A stretch of 64,000 bases of DNA from Blasia pusilla (Eukaryota): contig CM114271.1 of the NCBI GenBank assembly GCA_050084515.1, positions 39,246,001-39,310,000 on the forward strand, read 5' to 3'. Each line of letters begins with the position of its first letter. The stretch's first letter is position 1. The notes beneath the pieces were generated by a model that was not told where the DNA came from, made no database searches, and saw only the letters and a program-made list of their open reading frames with translations. A program made the position numbers and the translations under genes. This document shows, one piece after another, positions 37,678 through 52,544 of this stretch.

Positions 37678-39899
37678 AGTCTCCTTGAAGATTTCATGAA
37701 ATGTGTGGAAACATTTATCATTGAAGGGGGCACGCAAGTGCACATAATTGTGGATGTGATTGACTTTAAGTTATGTTAAACAATTAATGAATCGGGGGTA
37801 GAACCTTGGGGGTGTAAATAGGCATTCCCTAACAAATGAGAATAGATTTAGCAAGGTGAGAGAACATTGAGTAGTCAGATTCCATGAATGGATGGTCCAA
37901 ATATAGCCTATCAACACAAAAACAACCACCTCAAACACCCATATTAGTACATATAAAGGTTTCAATGTTGATATGTTGCCCTCGTCAACGTTTGGATGCG
38001 CCGCCATCCAAAATTAAGTTGCTCCCTTTGAAGCCAAAAATTCAAGAACTAGTGAGTGGTATTGAGAAAACATAAACAACGGAGATACAACCTCCTCCAA
38101 AATTCATGGAAGTAAATATAAAGGTTCCATCCTTGGTCATTTCCGTCATTTGAAGTTAGGATGCACCGCATGCAGGTACTAAGGTCCTTACATATAGAAA
38201 CGCAAATACATGAATTAGTGAATGGTGGTGAAATAACCACCATTCACTAATTCAAAATGTGAAAACCACGTATTCACTTTACCTATCAATAACATCTGAC
38301 ACACGTGCTATTCATGGAACAGAGCGGAGGAAAAGATTGATGAAAATACGTCACTCAAGTAAGGAGGAAATAATGATCTAGAAGCAACAAATCAAGTAAG
38401 TACGAGTTAAAAAAAGTAGTGGAACGTACTTTATTCCATGTCATATGCAGGCCACATGGAGTTTCATATCTCCCAAAATAGAGTCTCTTACTTTCAAGTT
38501 ACTATGTTGGAAGACATCATGAGTTCATTTAACGAAGCCAATGAAAAAAATGAATATCATCAAACGGGATTGAAATACAAACGTTAACGTTAATGCAACT
38601 TGTGGGATATTCACTTCAAGTTAATCTAGGATCAATGCGATAATAGGCATGGCCTATCTTAATCCACATACAACTTGATTTGTTCAATGTAGCCTAAATG
38701 AGTAATTCACGTTGAGCTTTTGCAAGGTTGCACAAAAATGGACTTGTCCGTCTCTTGGACAGACTTGTTTGAATAAGTCTAGACATTCCAAATTGGTCCC
38801 TTGCCCAAGTTATTTTGGGTATTTGGGTTTCCCGCGCAGATTTGGGAGGCAAGAACATATGCATGCTTAGAGAAAGCTATATATCATCTTGACTTATAGA
38901 AAGCCGTCTCCTCCAAATAATATAGGATAACCCCTATCATGTACAATATTGCTCCATCACCCCAATTGTTATAGGACTTGACATCAATCACTATCGCTTT
39001 GGCCTACACCTCTAACTCATTGATTAGATGTTCTCGTCTAATCCTCAACAATATCTCATGTTGGGTGATAAATTACATCATGATGGACCCATCCAATGAT
39101 GTCTAAATCTTGAAAGAAAATTTTTGAGCATTAGTCCGAGTTAGGCCCAAATTTGTGAATGGCGCCTTTCCCAACTTCATAGGCTAGAAGAGGACCATGG
39201 GTGTGGTACATGTTCCTCCCCCTCTAATCTACTTACCACATGCTCCTCTTGAGTATCACACGTGGTTGCCAAGATACTTAGCTATCCCATCTCTTGCCAT
39301 GCATGCACAACATCAACACTCATCCTCCGAGTGGTCTGATCGGGATCCATCGACAGAGTCCTAATTGCATCAAACAATCTAAATGATCGAGGGAGACATG
39401 TACGTCTATTGGACTCTTCTCTCTATAGATTCAACTCTATTATGGCTCCACATGTAACCATAGGGGTGGCCTCTATCTATAAGATCTTGCACATCCATCC
39501 ATGATCCTCTATAGCCCTACCTACTCCATATGATGTGGATGCCACTGACCCAACATTAGGAAATCTCAACCATTCTTGCAATGTCTTATTGTAATTGCTC
39601 TATTTGAGTGGCGATCATAGCCCCACTCGGAGTCACACCTAGGGTCTCCCTCAACCTGTGTAGGTGGTGGGCCTCTATCTTCTCTACGAGTCCACAAGGA
39701 TGAAATGTAATCATGACCTTGACCAATTAGAAGAACCACCTTGGATCCCAATTTTACCTAAGTGTCCAAAAAAATTGGAACTTCAAACCTCCATAAATTC
39801 TTCACATTTGTACCTTTGCACTTGTGCATTTTGTTGGGCTAGAGGGAACCTATCAAACCCTTTGGAGAGGGCCTATCTATTTTCGTTCCTTCCTCTCTA

Positions 39900-40660
39900 A
39901 ACATAGACTTAAAAGTCCTTTCCTTATGAAGTGACTCCTTGTTGAAAATTGATCCCTTTCTCTATGTGTGCAGCCTTTCTCATATTGAAAATTCAACCAT
40001 ATCTTTTGTCCTCCCTCTTGTTGAAAACTAAAGTTACTAAACATGGTAGAAAACTTTACTTATGAAGCCATCCCATAATAAAAATTTATCCCTTCCTATC
40101 TTCCCCTCACTTATTATAAATTCTCCAATTTCCCTTTGCTCTTCTATAAAATTGAACACTTAAAATTTTTTTCCTTATGAAGTCGTTTCTTGTTGAAAAT
40201 TTACAACTTCTATGCCCACTTCCCTTATTGAAAATTCAACTTTCTCTTGTTGAAAATTAAACATTAAAAAATCCCATTTTGAAAATTCATCCCTTTCTTT
40301 GCTCTTCCCTATTGAAAATTAAACCCTTTTAAAAAGGATATGAGTGAAGTCAGATTTTGTTGAAAAACTATCCACTTTCTTGTTCCCCTTATTGAACAAG
40401 TTTTCCCTTTCGGTGTTTCCTTCCTTTATTAACAATCGAATACTTATTCATTAATTCCGTGTAAAGCCTAAGCAAGTTCAAGATACGACGGATGTCTCTC
40501 AGCTATTGAAAATTTATTTATTTCTATTTCCCCTCCATTGTAAAAAATCCAACCTTATCTCTCTATCTTTATTTCTATTAAATAAAAAAAGAGGAAAAAC
40601 TAAAATCCATTCGTTTCTTTCACTTCTCCAATTGAAAATTAAAACCTATAAAAAGAATCC
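39900..40660. repeat. Degenerate AT-rich array built on TTGAAAATT / CCTTATGAAGT motifs
   Basis: Recurrent TTGTTGAAAA(TT), ATTGAAAATT and TTATGAAG motifs at irregular short spacing. Confidence 0.5.
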
Positions 40661-41756
40661 ATGGGAATTTCTATTTTTGAGGGTTTTTCCCAAATTATCC
40701 CCTAAAGGGATTATAGTTTCTTATTTACAAATTTGAAACATTACGGTGAAAAATACCTATTTTGGATATTTTTCATATAACTTTTGGATTGTTATCGGAT
40801 GATTATGAGTAAGTGAAATCTGAAACAGAAACGAAAGTTTCCTGTAGAAAATCAAACACCTCTTCAAAAAATCGTGACGAAGTCTAAAACACAGAATGAG
40901 ACAATGGAGAAGAAATAATCAACTAATCCCAACAATTATCCTTGGGCCTAAACTCGACGTGCATCTTTTGTAGATTCTCCCAGCTGGCGACAGTTGCAAC
41001 CCGCGCTGCCGACTAGCTTCGGTCCGGCTCCTTCCCGTCCCTTGGCTACGGGATTGTTCCCCGTCCGATGCGTCCAGGGTGTCCCTCCTGCCGCCGTCGG
41101 AAGGATCCTGCCGCCATCGGACATCCTTCCGACGGCGGCACTTGAAGTTCGCAAGAGAAAGGAGCAGAGACCCCACCCCCCGAAAGTCCCGAGCGCAGCC
41201 TAGTTGTCTCTTTCTCTCTGAGCCGAAGAGTCGGTCATAACCAGGTGGTTTTCTAATCTGAGCGGTGGTTTTCTAATCTGAGCACGGATTCACGCACGTG
41301 AAATGAGAACCTCGTCAAAAGGCGCGAACCTTATGCGTCCCGTGTGGGAACAGGTGTAGTGGTACGCTGGATCGCAGAGAGTGGCGGAACAGGCGCGGTG
41401 CTCGGGAAGGGTGGCGCAGAGTGGCGCGTTGGCACGGCACAGTCCGCATGCACGTGGCGTGGGATCGTAACCGCCACGGTCCTGGAAGTCCGAGCGCTCG
41501 CGCAATCGCCCGAGCTTCGGCACAACCTTCTTTCCCAACGCAGATCTCCGCACGGCTCTGCTTACGCTTACGGATGGAAGGAACTCGTCGCGATTCACGA
41601 TCCGTTTCACATACAGGTGCACTTGTTTGAATTGCATGAATCGGAAGGGGAAGGATCGGGAGCTCATTCGATCGGAAACACTTCCGCAATACTCTTGATC
41701 TGTGTGTAAATTGATTGCGGCAGAACTGCGAGAGGAAGAGATTTGAAACTGGAAGT

Positions 41757-44700
41757 ATGAGCTCTTTCAGATATTGTACGTCGGGTGTCCTCTTTTTAGT
41801 CGTGGTTGTGTTGCAAGCGATCGCGATTACAGCGATTGGAGCGCCGGGTGATGATCACCAGGGTAAGATATATGCGGACATGGACGTGAATGAAATGAGA
41901 GCAGAGTTGGAGCACAAATCACGGAACGAGTCTGCTAGCGAAACCTTCTTGGCAAGCACGGCCAATGCTTCGCTACCTCTTCCGGTGCCTGGTCGTCCGG
42001 TGAAAGGCAGGAAGCACGCAAAGGGAATTGGCTCAGTGCCTGGAGGGAGCGGGCGTACGAGGCACAAAGATATCCCTCTCCTATGTCCAGAACGGAAGCC
42101 ACATGGTCCGTTTACAAAACGGGACGTAGATCTGATCAATGTCGCCTTGAATGTTGAGTATCTGTCGGCAGAGTTTTTCTTGTACGGAGCCTATGGTCAT
42201 GGAGTTGACAAATATGATAACACGCTGAGTAAGGACGGGCCGCGCCCGTTCGGTGGCGAGAGAGCTGATCTCGGTCGCAGCCTAGCCACTCAAGTTGCGA
42301 AAGAGATCGGTTTCCAAGGAATGGAACACATAAGGTGCTCATCACTATCATTCTCTAACAGGAAGGGCACCGCCAACAAATTAATCAGCTGTCGCAAACA
42401 TCCTACACAGATGACGGTCGGATGGTGTATCACAACTCGTCCGTTTACAGCTTAGCTTTTCAGTTTGTGCCTCTAATTCCAGGATTCGTATGGACGTAGA
42501 TAACGAACGTAGCAGGGGTTGATCGATCTTCTATTCCCGTCTTCTGAATGATCGAGGGGAGAGCCAGATCGGGATACCGGGTGGCCTTTGTTTGTCTAAG
42601 AATAACACAATGTGGTGGTCGCATGATTCAGATAATCTGCAAACGAGACGCAAATTGGACGTAGGACCCGCCTTCGTATTCAGACTTGCGAGTCTAGTCA
42701 AGCCTCTACACAATTGTGATTGCCGTGGGACAGCTGATGAACGATCAATCTTTTACGCATCTGGACCGGTAGGAGGGACGTCGTTGATAATTGTCTTTTG
42801 AAATGGTTCAGCCATTTCATTAGCAATGAAAATCGCAAGGGATCTTTGCGATCACGGTCATAGTTTTCCCGCGAAACAAAGTGAGGAAGGGGTCCCAGAC
42901 CTTGGATTCTTCTAATTCGTGTCTCACATTCCAAAAAGCGGGAATACAACCGTAAGAGATCTGCGTCTTGGCAATCTCTTTCAGAGCGATAGCTCATGCT
43001 ACAAGTCACATCCAACATGCTTGAATTTTCATGCATAGAATGATTCATCAGCTATAATAGATGGACGCGAATAGCGACGCGCTTCCGAGGGTATCGTCGT
43101 CACGAGACTGTGTGTGCCTCACGTGTCCTTGAGTGGCTCTCGATCAGTCGTGGGATTTTTCCCGTACTCATAAATAGGACTCTAGAAATGAAGCCAGCGA
43201 CAGGCCCACTGCCCTGTGAGAAGGGCTAAATAACTTTGTCAAGATAAAGAGGGACTTGCATTTCGTCAATCCCATGAACCAACTCATGCCGGTGAGAACC
43301 TCGCGACCTCCTGCAAGATAGTCCTTCCTTTGGGTGAGAAAAGCGTGTCGCACTTCGCGAAGACACTAATGTGCATAGACGTTCAGAGAAATTGAAGTCA
43401 TATCTTTAGCTGAAGCATAACACACTCGCACATTCCTGTCTTCGGATTTAAACAATGAGCTGATCATAGAGATCACCTAGTTTGATCCTTTCCCTTTTTT
43501 TTTTGAAGCCCTTCCAAGACACATACGGGGAGTCCGAGCCCGAGAGACGTTGTGAGAAGCAAATTCACTCATTGATTTGTCTCGATAGCTCCGCGAGTAG
43601 TTGTTAACTTGTTCCTTGGTCACTGTGCGCTTGTCTTAGAGGGCACCACATCAATTCTGTCACCGCGCAATCCCGTGAATCAATGTAGGGATTGGGACCC
43701 GCACAAAACCAAGAAAGTTTGCCCACCCTGTGTCTGGTCCAGGCAGTTCGTCTAAGATCGGGCCGAACGATGAGGTCTCGCACGTACACTACGCCACCCA
43801 TGGCCAGAGGCGTCGGAGAATGTTTGAGTAACCTGAGCCTCGAGGCAGCCAGGCGGGACGCCAGCCCTGTGATTCACTTTATGACATCTTGTACATACAT
43901 AAATATAAGAGGGAAGGAGTAGCAACTCTCGTGGAAACAGTCGTTGTCACTTACGACTATTTCCTCGAGACACTGTAGTGATTCAAGCAACTTGCGAAGA
44001 GTCCAGACCTAGGAATACATGTTGCAACATCAATGTTGCTACTAGAAGGTGCCGGAGATGGAGGGGCCGCACAAGGCTCCTTGCTTGCGACAAATTAATT
44101 ATGTGAGCTCCTCGACGATCATGTTAATGACGTTCCAGCAGTGCACTAGCTGACGTGCACGTCATGTTCAGTGGTAAGCTCGAAAGAGCAGAGCCGGAAG
44201 AAGGTGTAGCTTCCTTGCACCTGGTCGGAGTGAAACAAGTCAGTTCTAAAGATAATCGCGGACCCATGCCTCTCTTTCTAGGCACTGCTGCTGCGCGTCA
44301 TCGGCCTACAGTATATAGGGTAGATATACTGTCATATGCAGGGAGGAAGGGCACAATCACGAGATTGTGAGATAGAGCGGGGTGATCTCGAGTGCGCGAA
44401 ATCTGTGTCGCTATGGCGTTTCTTTGTCCGGCACAAGGAGGAGCAGTACTCTTATTCCGAGCTTCCCCCTATTCAAGTGAAGTGGGGGGGAGGAAGTAAT
44501 TTTGGAACTGTCAATATAGGTCAGATACATTTACAGACGTGTTGAAGATCAGGTCACTGCCTTCGTCCTGTGCTTCCGCTGCCATCAAATCTTAAATCAT
44601 GAGGGTGGTTGTGAAGGAGACTGCAAAGGGGCGAAGAGAGAGAAATTTCTTATGAATGCTCAATATGCGGATAAATTCCACTCGGTCTTGTCCTAAATCG

Positions 44701-46749
44701 CTTGGATCCCAGAAACTGACCCATTTTACTGTTTTCATGCCCCCTTGGTATTGTCGTCTGACTACAAAATTCCCTTTCGACCCAAACAAACTCCATTACA
44801 GTAGGTAGGCAGTGGGCAATGTCCCATGTAGACCTAGAAAGTCAAGATAAGGGGATCGGACGATCGAAAATCAATTTTGTTAATGAAGGAAATAGAATAA
44901 AAATGTATGCACTTGAGAGGAGTGAGAACAACAAAGAAGATCCGTGTCTGCCGAGGTCAGTCAGGTTACCGTCCCTTCTATACTGGACCGCGTAATTGGT
45001 TGGAATACCAGGTCGATTCTTGAGAATGATAACTTGCAAATATTCAAGCTAAGAACTCTACAATCCACGATTTATTTATTTATTTATAATTAAGAACTCT
45101 ACACGAGTCATTAATCCCTACCATAACACATGAGCTGACAGCCTGATTCAACTAAAGATTCACATGTTTGAGGACTGGAAAGCTGTTCCTTCGAGTAAAG
45201 ATTCGATGTCGTCGAAATCATTAGGATAATTAGTTGGGCAGGCAGGTAGACACAAGAGACTGGTCCAACAATCGCGCGCTTGCAATGAACTACAGGACAA
45301 TTCAACGCGCATTGGGAGAAAGCGCAATTCCAAGGCCTCAGCTGAATATCAGTAAGGGTGTTTGGGCGAAGCTATTTTCTGACGCTCTGCAGACAGAGTT
45401 GGATCCACCCTTCAACCCTTACAACGACACAGTGAGCTTTCTGTTAGCAGCGGGTGTGGTGCCTTATGCAGCCTTGATGGGATATTTCGGCCAAACTCCG
45501 CACCTTTATGGCAGAGAAGCAAAGAAGGTACTAAACTTTCGACAACCTTTCCCTAAACCCGGAAACGCACGGGTCATGATGAACGAGTCCCTAAGAAACT
45601 TACGGTTGAGCTTCAAACTAGTCAAGAGTTCATCCATGATTTGCTTGGTGCTCAGAGCCTGCGATGTACAGTGTAAAAGAAGGATCGAAAACATACGTTT
45701 TTGAGCTTGTTGTTGACTGAGCAGTGTAGCTTTCTGGAAACCTCTGACAGATGCAGAGTGCACTGACTCTGTTGCAATTGGGTATCAGTAATTTGAAGTA
45801 AATTGTATTCTAACTGAGATAGTGAGGACCTGAGTGCTAGCAACCGGACGAAGGGAATCTCATGCGTTTAGTAGAGAGACGTACAAACTACACTGTATGC
45901 GGGTCCCTGAATGCACCACTTCCTGGTCATGTCGGCGTGTTGAAATTATATGTCCACGATCGTCACCGACCGTTCATCAGTTCTTCAAAAGGGAATTCAT
46001 AACCTTACCGCACTTCATCCATGCTTTTTAATGGAACCCATGATCATGACAGGTTGAGGGATCTGATTAGTACGAAAGCTACTGCTGTCCATTTTCATGT
46101 TGAATTTCTTAACGTTGCAGGATGTGTCTAAGATTGCTCGCAATCCATGCTGCTTTGGTCGCTAGCTAGCCAGCTATGCCTACTGGTGTCAAGTCATGAG
46201 TCAAGGGGAGAAAATTTTGGAGAAGTCCGAAAAGTTACGAGTTATCCATGACAATTTAAGTTCACAAAGTACTTCGCCGAAGAAAAATATATGACCAATG
46301 AATACTGAATCAAATCAGTACAGCATACATTCAGGGAGTAATAGATTAATAGAAAACTGTGTGAGTGAATGCAGCTGGTGGCTGGTCTATTGAGTGTTAT
46401 CTCAGCTCAGGATGCGATCTTGCGGACACTGCTCTATAACTACAGACGAACGGTCGTCCAACCATACAACCTCACAGTAGCTGACATCAGAGCCAAGATA
46501 TCAGCATATACCGCCAATCTGACCGGAACCGTCCATGACATAGGAGCTCCTGTGTCTGTGTATGATGGACTGGAACGCAAGCCCGTTAGTAGTATAGTCG
46601 CTGTTACGGGTGCAGACTCGTTACCTTTCAGTGTTTCGTCGAAGCAGCTGCTCGGCCTTTTCTACGCAACTGGTAATGCCTCTGTACCTGGTGCATTTTT
46701 CCCTTATGGAGCTGCGGGCAAGATTGCCGACATGTTCCTTCGGTCGTGA
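41757..46749 (+). CDS. Desiccation-related protein PCC13-62-like (ferritin-like domain, signal peptide). Exons 41757-42334, 45296-45527, 46375-46749
   Basis: Hydrophobic N-terminus; DVDLINVALNVEYLSAEFFLYGAYGHGVD; EIGFQGMEHIRTIQ; IPRPQLNIS; LDPPFNPYNDTVSFLLA; LVAGLLSVISAQDAILRTLLY; YATGNASVPGAFFPYGAAGKIA. GT-AG introns in phase. Confidence 0.88.
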
Positions 46750-47849
46750 GATCAACAAGTTGACTGCAGATTCTAATGTTGTAACTGTGCTTGATACTGA
46801 GTTATAAAGCTCAGGACAGGTTAGTACATAAAACCTGCAGACTCAGTATCCTGATAGGAAGCCAATTCTCTCAGCTTCGGACGTTCCAATGGCTCGATAG
46901 CACTACAACTGAATATCCAAGAGAACGGGATGCTTATTTCTCTATTAAGAGGAACGCAGATGCACTTGAAGCTGTCAATTCTCTAAGCGCGTGGAGCTGG
47001 CTTGTGCAGATTTAAAACTGAGAGTGAGTAACAATAATATTGTCCTGCAAATGACTCTGCATGATTTTCAACTAGCACGTATTCACATTCGAGTAAAAGA
47101 AGCGTAGACTTTGGAAGTGTAGTTCTCGTGTATGTAGTAGTGTAAGCGGTCTCTTCAAGTGGTCCTTGGATGATAGGTAATCCACGAACTTTTCAATAGA
47201 CCCTCAGTGTTCTCGATTAGCTCCAGCACCCAATCGACATAAATGAATTCAGGGAAAGGTTCTACTATCGCCGAGTTCAAAGTACACTGATTCTCTATTA
47301 TCCCAATGTACTTTCCGGAAGGAGTTACACTCAGTCTTCTTAGCCAGCAAGTAATTGAAACTGATCCACAAAATTTATTTGGGTACATTCGGGTAATGCA
47401 CTGTTCGCAAAATATTTGTTCAGAATTCACTGAGAGATCGAGAAGTATATCACGAGCTCTCGATTTGGGATTGTATGAATAGATTTATTTAGATCCTGAA
47501 GAGATGAACACAGAAGCGCAGACTCAGTACGTTTGAAGCTTTGGGCAGCTTCTGCTAAGTTCGTGTGTCCTAGGAAATGTCCACCGAGCCTATGGGTATA
47601 TCACTAATAAAAAGATGAATGCGGGAAGGGCCGTCGTAAATCTTGGTGAAGAAAGCGTCTCAAACCAATAGTTCCAAACGAGATGGACGCACTGACAATC
47701 ATCTTCATTCATTCTAGATCCCTTCAGTCAAGCACTTACCAGTATGCCTGGGAAGTGGAGCAGACAGCATGGTCAATTAGGGTCTTTTGAATAGGGTTAG
47801 ACATCCAGGTGAATAGTGGAAATTGTTCTTTGTTCCGCTCTTTGCAGCC

Positions 47850-48480
47850 ATGGATGCTGTCTGCCCAGTTATGGTCTGTTTGAACTTTTGGCACTGGTCA
47901 AAGCATGCTTGAACTTGTTTTGCCTTCGACACACTGGATGTTCGAAACATGGGTCCTTCGATTCCTGACCAAGCAGAATTTTCTGGCCCTAAACTTGTGA
48001 GTGGGGACCATAGGTTGGGTAGCTCTCCTAACACATTATTCTTGAAAGGTTTTGAAGTAATTGTGAGGCATTCACATGAGACTGTACAGCATCAGCTAAT
48101 TCTTGGGGGTGATGTGTTTCTTCCCATATCGCTAGAGTTCCAGATTCTGATGTGTGCAAGTTCCAGGATCTTCCATCCCCTTCATTAATTCTTTGTTGGC
48201 TTCCAGTTGGTTTCCTCAACCAGAGTACAGGCTATAGAGTATTGGTCGCTTGTCATATGGCAGAGATGATCGTTTAAGCTTGGTCTCTTTTTGTTCTCGA
48301 ATGCATCAGCTCCCAGTGGATGACAGCACCGCACTTCAAACTGATACGACACGCTCTCCAGATCCAAAATACACTCAACAGACCTAGCCGCTGTTCCTTT
48401 AGGCCAATTTTGCAGGAGACAATCGGATTCCAGGAATCAGGGCCAAGTCATATTTTGTACATTAAATGTTCCATACCCGT
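47850..48480 (-). pseudogene. Possible highly decayed LINE (APE endonuclease) remnant
   Basis: Scattered, frame-broken motifs GTFNVQ (~48470), NYFK and TDHN (~47875), in the order expected for an APE domain. Weak. Confidence 0.25.
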
Positions 48481-49123
48481 CTTGCTGAATTGTGTACCCT
48501 TCCGAGAGCGTCGATGGCTGAACAGACTTCACAAGCCTAGATTCCGCCCACTTGCTCGTGAAATTGCACTCCGAATTCTTAGGCGCGAAACTCCCGCTTG
48601 TATATGTCCATTTTCCAAGAGAGATGTCCAGGGCTCACTTGGTTTGGCAGACATCACTCTGTCTCTCTGCAGGATGGCTCCAGATCGGCACTATCGTCTC
48701 CCCGAGTGCCGGGTCTCCATGCACTCAGAGAGAGACTGTAATTAGTGCCTGTCGTAGCCTTGCGACCATAGACCCCGCGCCATGGTTGGACGGTGCTTGA
48801 GACTGGGATGGGTGTAGAGAGAGGAAGAAGTGAAGAAGGTACCATAGGAGAGGAGGGAGACACTCTCATATACTGAGAGTGCTGACCAAACACCGTGTTC
48901 GTTCGGAGCTTCCAAGTGTCAACCAAGAAAGTCTTCACCACACCATCTACTTTACCCGATTGGATCCCCGATAGACTTTACTTACCAGTGCAGCAGTTTT
49001 GGGCCCTCAGCGAGAGAGAGAGAGAGAGCTCCGTTGGGACGCTGACAGTTGTGGCAGGAGAGGTTTAGGCTCACGGATGAAGACAGGTAGGCACACAGTA
49101 TCTCGATACAGAGGGGATCACCT

Positions 49124-49380
49124 CTCCGCATCTCGCGACAATCTCTGCAGGTTTGTTAGCTCCATATCCAATGTTACGAGGCTGGCAACTTCCCTGCCCT
49201 TGTGCAGAGAGAGAGAGCAGCATGCCGAAATCTTGGGCGGAGATTCGAAAGCTCTCCGCATCCCACGACAACCTCTGCAGGTTCGTTAGCTCCATATCCG
49301 TTGCTACGAGGCTGTCCACTTCCCTGCCCTTCCGCAGAGACAGCAGCATGCTGAAATCTCGGGCGGAGATTCGAAAGCCC
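49124..49380. repeat. About 125-130 bp tandem duplication
   Basis: CTCCGCATC...CTCTGCAGGTT.GTTAGCTCCATATCC...GGGCGGAGATTCGAAAGC occurs twice; the copies differ by an (AG)n length change. Confidence 0.85.
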
Positions 49381-52300
49381 CCGCCGATCGAAAGCGTCGA
49401 AGCGAGCGGGGTCATGAACGAAAGCATGAAGCTGCCGCAGCAATTATAGAAATCAACAAACCCTTCCCCTCTCCTCCATCACGTCGAATAAAGAATGCGT
49501 TCCGTCCCCCTTCCGAGCAAACCCGCAACCAGCAATGAATGGCGGTATGACGACAGCGCCAGCTCACCCTGTGGAGGATCTCGCGTCCTCCCTTCCCAGC
49601 GCCCACTCGGACCGCCTTTCCGCTCCGATCATCGAGAGTCCCATCCGCCCCCTAGACTTGGAGGTTGGCAGCGTTGGCTGGTTGGATGCTTCACAATCTT
49701 TCCTTTTCCTTTCCTCTCTCCTTCGCTTTACTCCACCCGCGCCACCTGCCACCGCTCACGAGGACCCGCTGCTCCGGCCGTAGTTATTCCTCCCAGCCTG
49801 TGCCGCGATTGTCCCCACGGCTGCCAGCCAGCTGGGAACGATCGCTCTTCTACTCGACTCCCTTTGTATCCCTATGGATTTTCCATCCCAGTTTCCTTAT
49901 GCACTCACTCTCAAAGCGGAGCACCTTTTCCAATGCGATCCATGCGACTTCTTGTTGTCTGGGCAAACGCTTCTTGTTGCGTGTGGCAAACTTCCCACGG
50001 ACCCACCCGTCCTTGTGCGAGCCCGTCGTCGCAGTGCGATGGCGCATGTATCGAGCAAGTCCCGTAGAGAGAGAGAGAGTCTCGACTGACTCCGCACCCG
50101 CGATGCCAGAGAGGGCCCACGCTAAATTTTAATTGTATATTTCTTTTAAAGTGGCTTTATCTCCCCAATTTGTTATTTCGTTTCCTTCTTCTTCGATTCT
50201 CCTTAGTAGTGATGGATGACATGTATCCGCGGAATTTTAAAAAAAAAACTCTATTGGGAAGCACGAAATCACCTTCGTGTTGGCGATAACAAACGATCTT
50301 CTAAGACAGCACGAAAACGATTTCGTGTTGCCGTAGAAACATTTTCTTGTTACACATGTTTGCAAATCAAGAAGGCACTCTTCAACAATAATATAGATCA
50401 ATTTTATGATTTAAATTTTATAATAATATAATGTCTAATTGTGGTACATCTATTACACACATCTTATTTACGCAAAAGTCTCCCCTTCTTTCGTCCCACC
50501 CATGTTTCTCCTAAACATTATAAGCTCTCCTCTAATTAAAAAAATCCTCCTCTCACAAATAGAAGAATAGAAAAAAAATAAACGAGGGGATGAAACAAAG
50601 TTTGGTGCAATTTTTTCCTATCCTCTACAACTTAATTTTTAATTTTATCTTTCTAAAAAATCCAAAAATTTATATTATCCTCTTTTTATACATAAGTATT
50701 TATGAGACCCATGGATGTGAAAGAAAATTCCCATTTTGGACAGAAAAGAAAGTGATTGATTTCTTGAAACTCTCCAAACTTTTGGGGAAGAGATAAACAA
50801 TAGCACATGAAAAAGGGGAGAAAATGAGCAAACTCAAAGTGATACTCTTTTCTTTGTGGTTCAAAATTCTCTTACATTTAAGAAGGACAAATATGAGATG
50901 GAGTGATGTTCGAAAAATTCACATTGTTATAATTTTTCATTTATACTTTTATTGTAGAATCATGTCTTACGATGCTTTCCCGATGAACACGTCGACACTT
51001 GGTGATTTTGACCAATGCTAACTTGTCACCTATCCCACGTATCTCACGCCCACTCAATAGCCAATTATGGGGTCCGTCAAATTATCGAGTCACATAATCA
51101 CAATTTAGAATAATGATGGATAATTTGAATTATCCATCACAATTAGACTTCCAATACTTTTTTGAAACTAGTTTAATAGTTCATGTGACATGTGAAAATT
51201 ACTTAGGCTAAAAAAAAGTATAAGATAAACTAGTCTTATGACAAAACCCAAAATAACTAACTTTGAATCGCTAAAAAGAGACATGTCATGTTCATTCGTA
51301 GTTTCTTGAATCCTCTTCAAATAAGAATCCGGACAAACAAGAAGAGTTTTGTTATTCTTCATGCATTTCTTCTCTAGGAATAATGAATTCGTGTGGGAAT
51401 ATTTGTGCCATGCATCAACGATGACATAGATTAATCATGGCCTTAGTGTCCTACCAAACACTCTTTGTGCGCAAGAAACATTAAGCCGGGATACCTAGTA
51501 AGCAAACAAACAAGTTAAGATTCTTAGTTTCTCTTAATCCAAGTTGGACCTACATAATAACCCTAGGGAAGTTGGTGATCGATAAACAACGTTGCATTTT
51601 ATTAAAAATCTTTTTTACTAAAAATCTTTCCCCACGAAGAAACGGAAAGATTTTTAGTAAAAAAGATTTCCCCTAATTCAAATTAAATTAATTCTGGTTG
51701 CTTGTGTGACATGGTGGAAGAGCATGTTATTTAACCCATGTGCCTCAACCTTATGAATAATAGTTTAACTAATGTGGTTTTATCAATTAAAATCAAAGAA
51801 AAGGAAATGAAAAGGAGACTATCTCACCTTTGTATACACTAGTTTGAATTTCCTATGTAATGAATAAATGAAAATATGAAGAAAATTGGAAAAAATGTCC
51901 CATGACAAAAGTTGATAATCAACCATAATTATCAACTTGAAAATTAGAGTACAACCTATGCTATGCACAAGACAAATAGCCATGCTTTGCTAAAATTGAA
52001 AAAAAAAAATTTATGCCCATACCTTGAGCTTGAGAAAAAAAAATCTTCTTTATTTTCTTGTGTTGATGAGAGATTTGTTTGCAAATCAATAACTTATATT
52101 TCCTTAATAGATTAAATATTTGTGATGGTAATGAAAAAAATCATTGAAGAAAAATATATTCATGCAATGTCTAATATTAATAAAGAGGAAAAGTTCATAT
52201 TTCTTGTAAAGTACATCAAAATTCCAATAAGATAAGAACTATTTTGGAAATGAAAATTTTACATTAAAAATATTATCAATACTTAATAATGATGGAAAAT

Positions 52301-52544
52301 TCCAAAGATCAAAATTTTAAATCATGAAAAGAAAGAAATTAATATTCTAATTTATTATTTTTTCCATGAAAATATTGTAGTTGAATTTCTCTATTTAAAA
52401 AAAATAAGAATTGAATGGAATCATCTTTTCTAACTACGCTATTCCATTTATATTCTATGTTCATGCACCTCCCACCATGAAAAGAAAGAAATTATAAAGA
52501 CCATAAATACAAAGAAGATGGAGGAACCCATCGGAATTACATCA

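Noticed and set aside
41244-41284. Short direct repeat GGTGGTTTTCTAATCTGAGC x2 as a CRISPR-like array
   Set aside because: Only two adjacent copies without spacers, in eukaryotic DNA; a simple tandem duplication.
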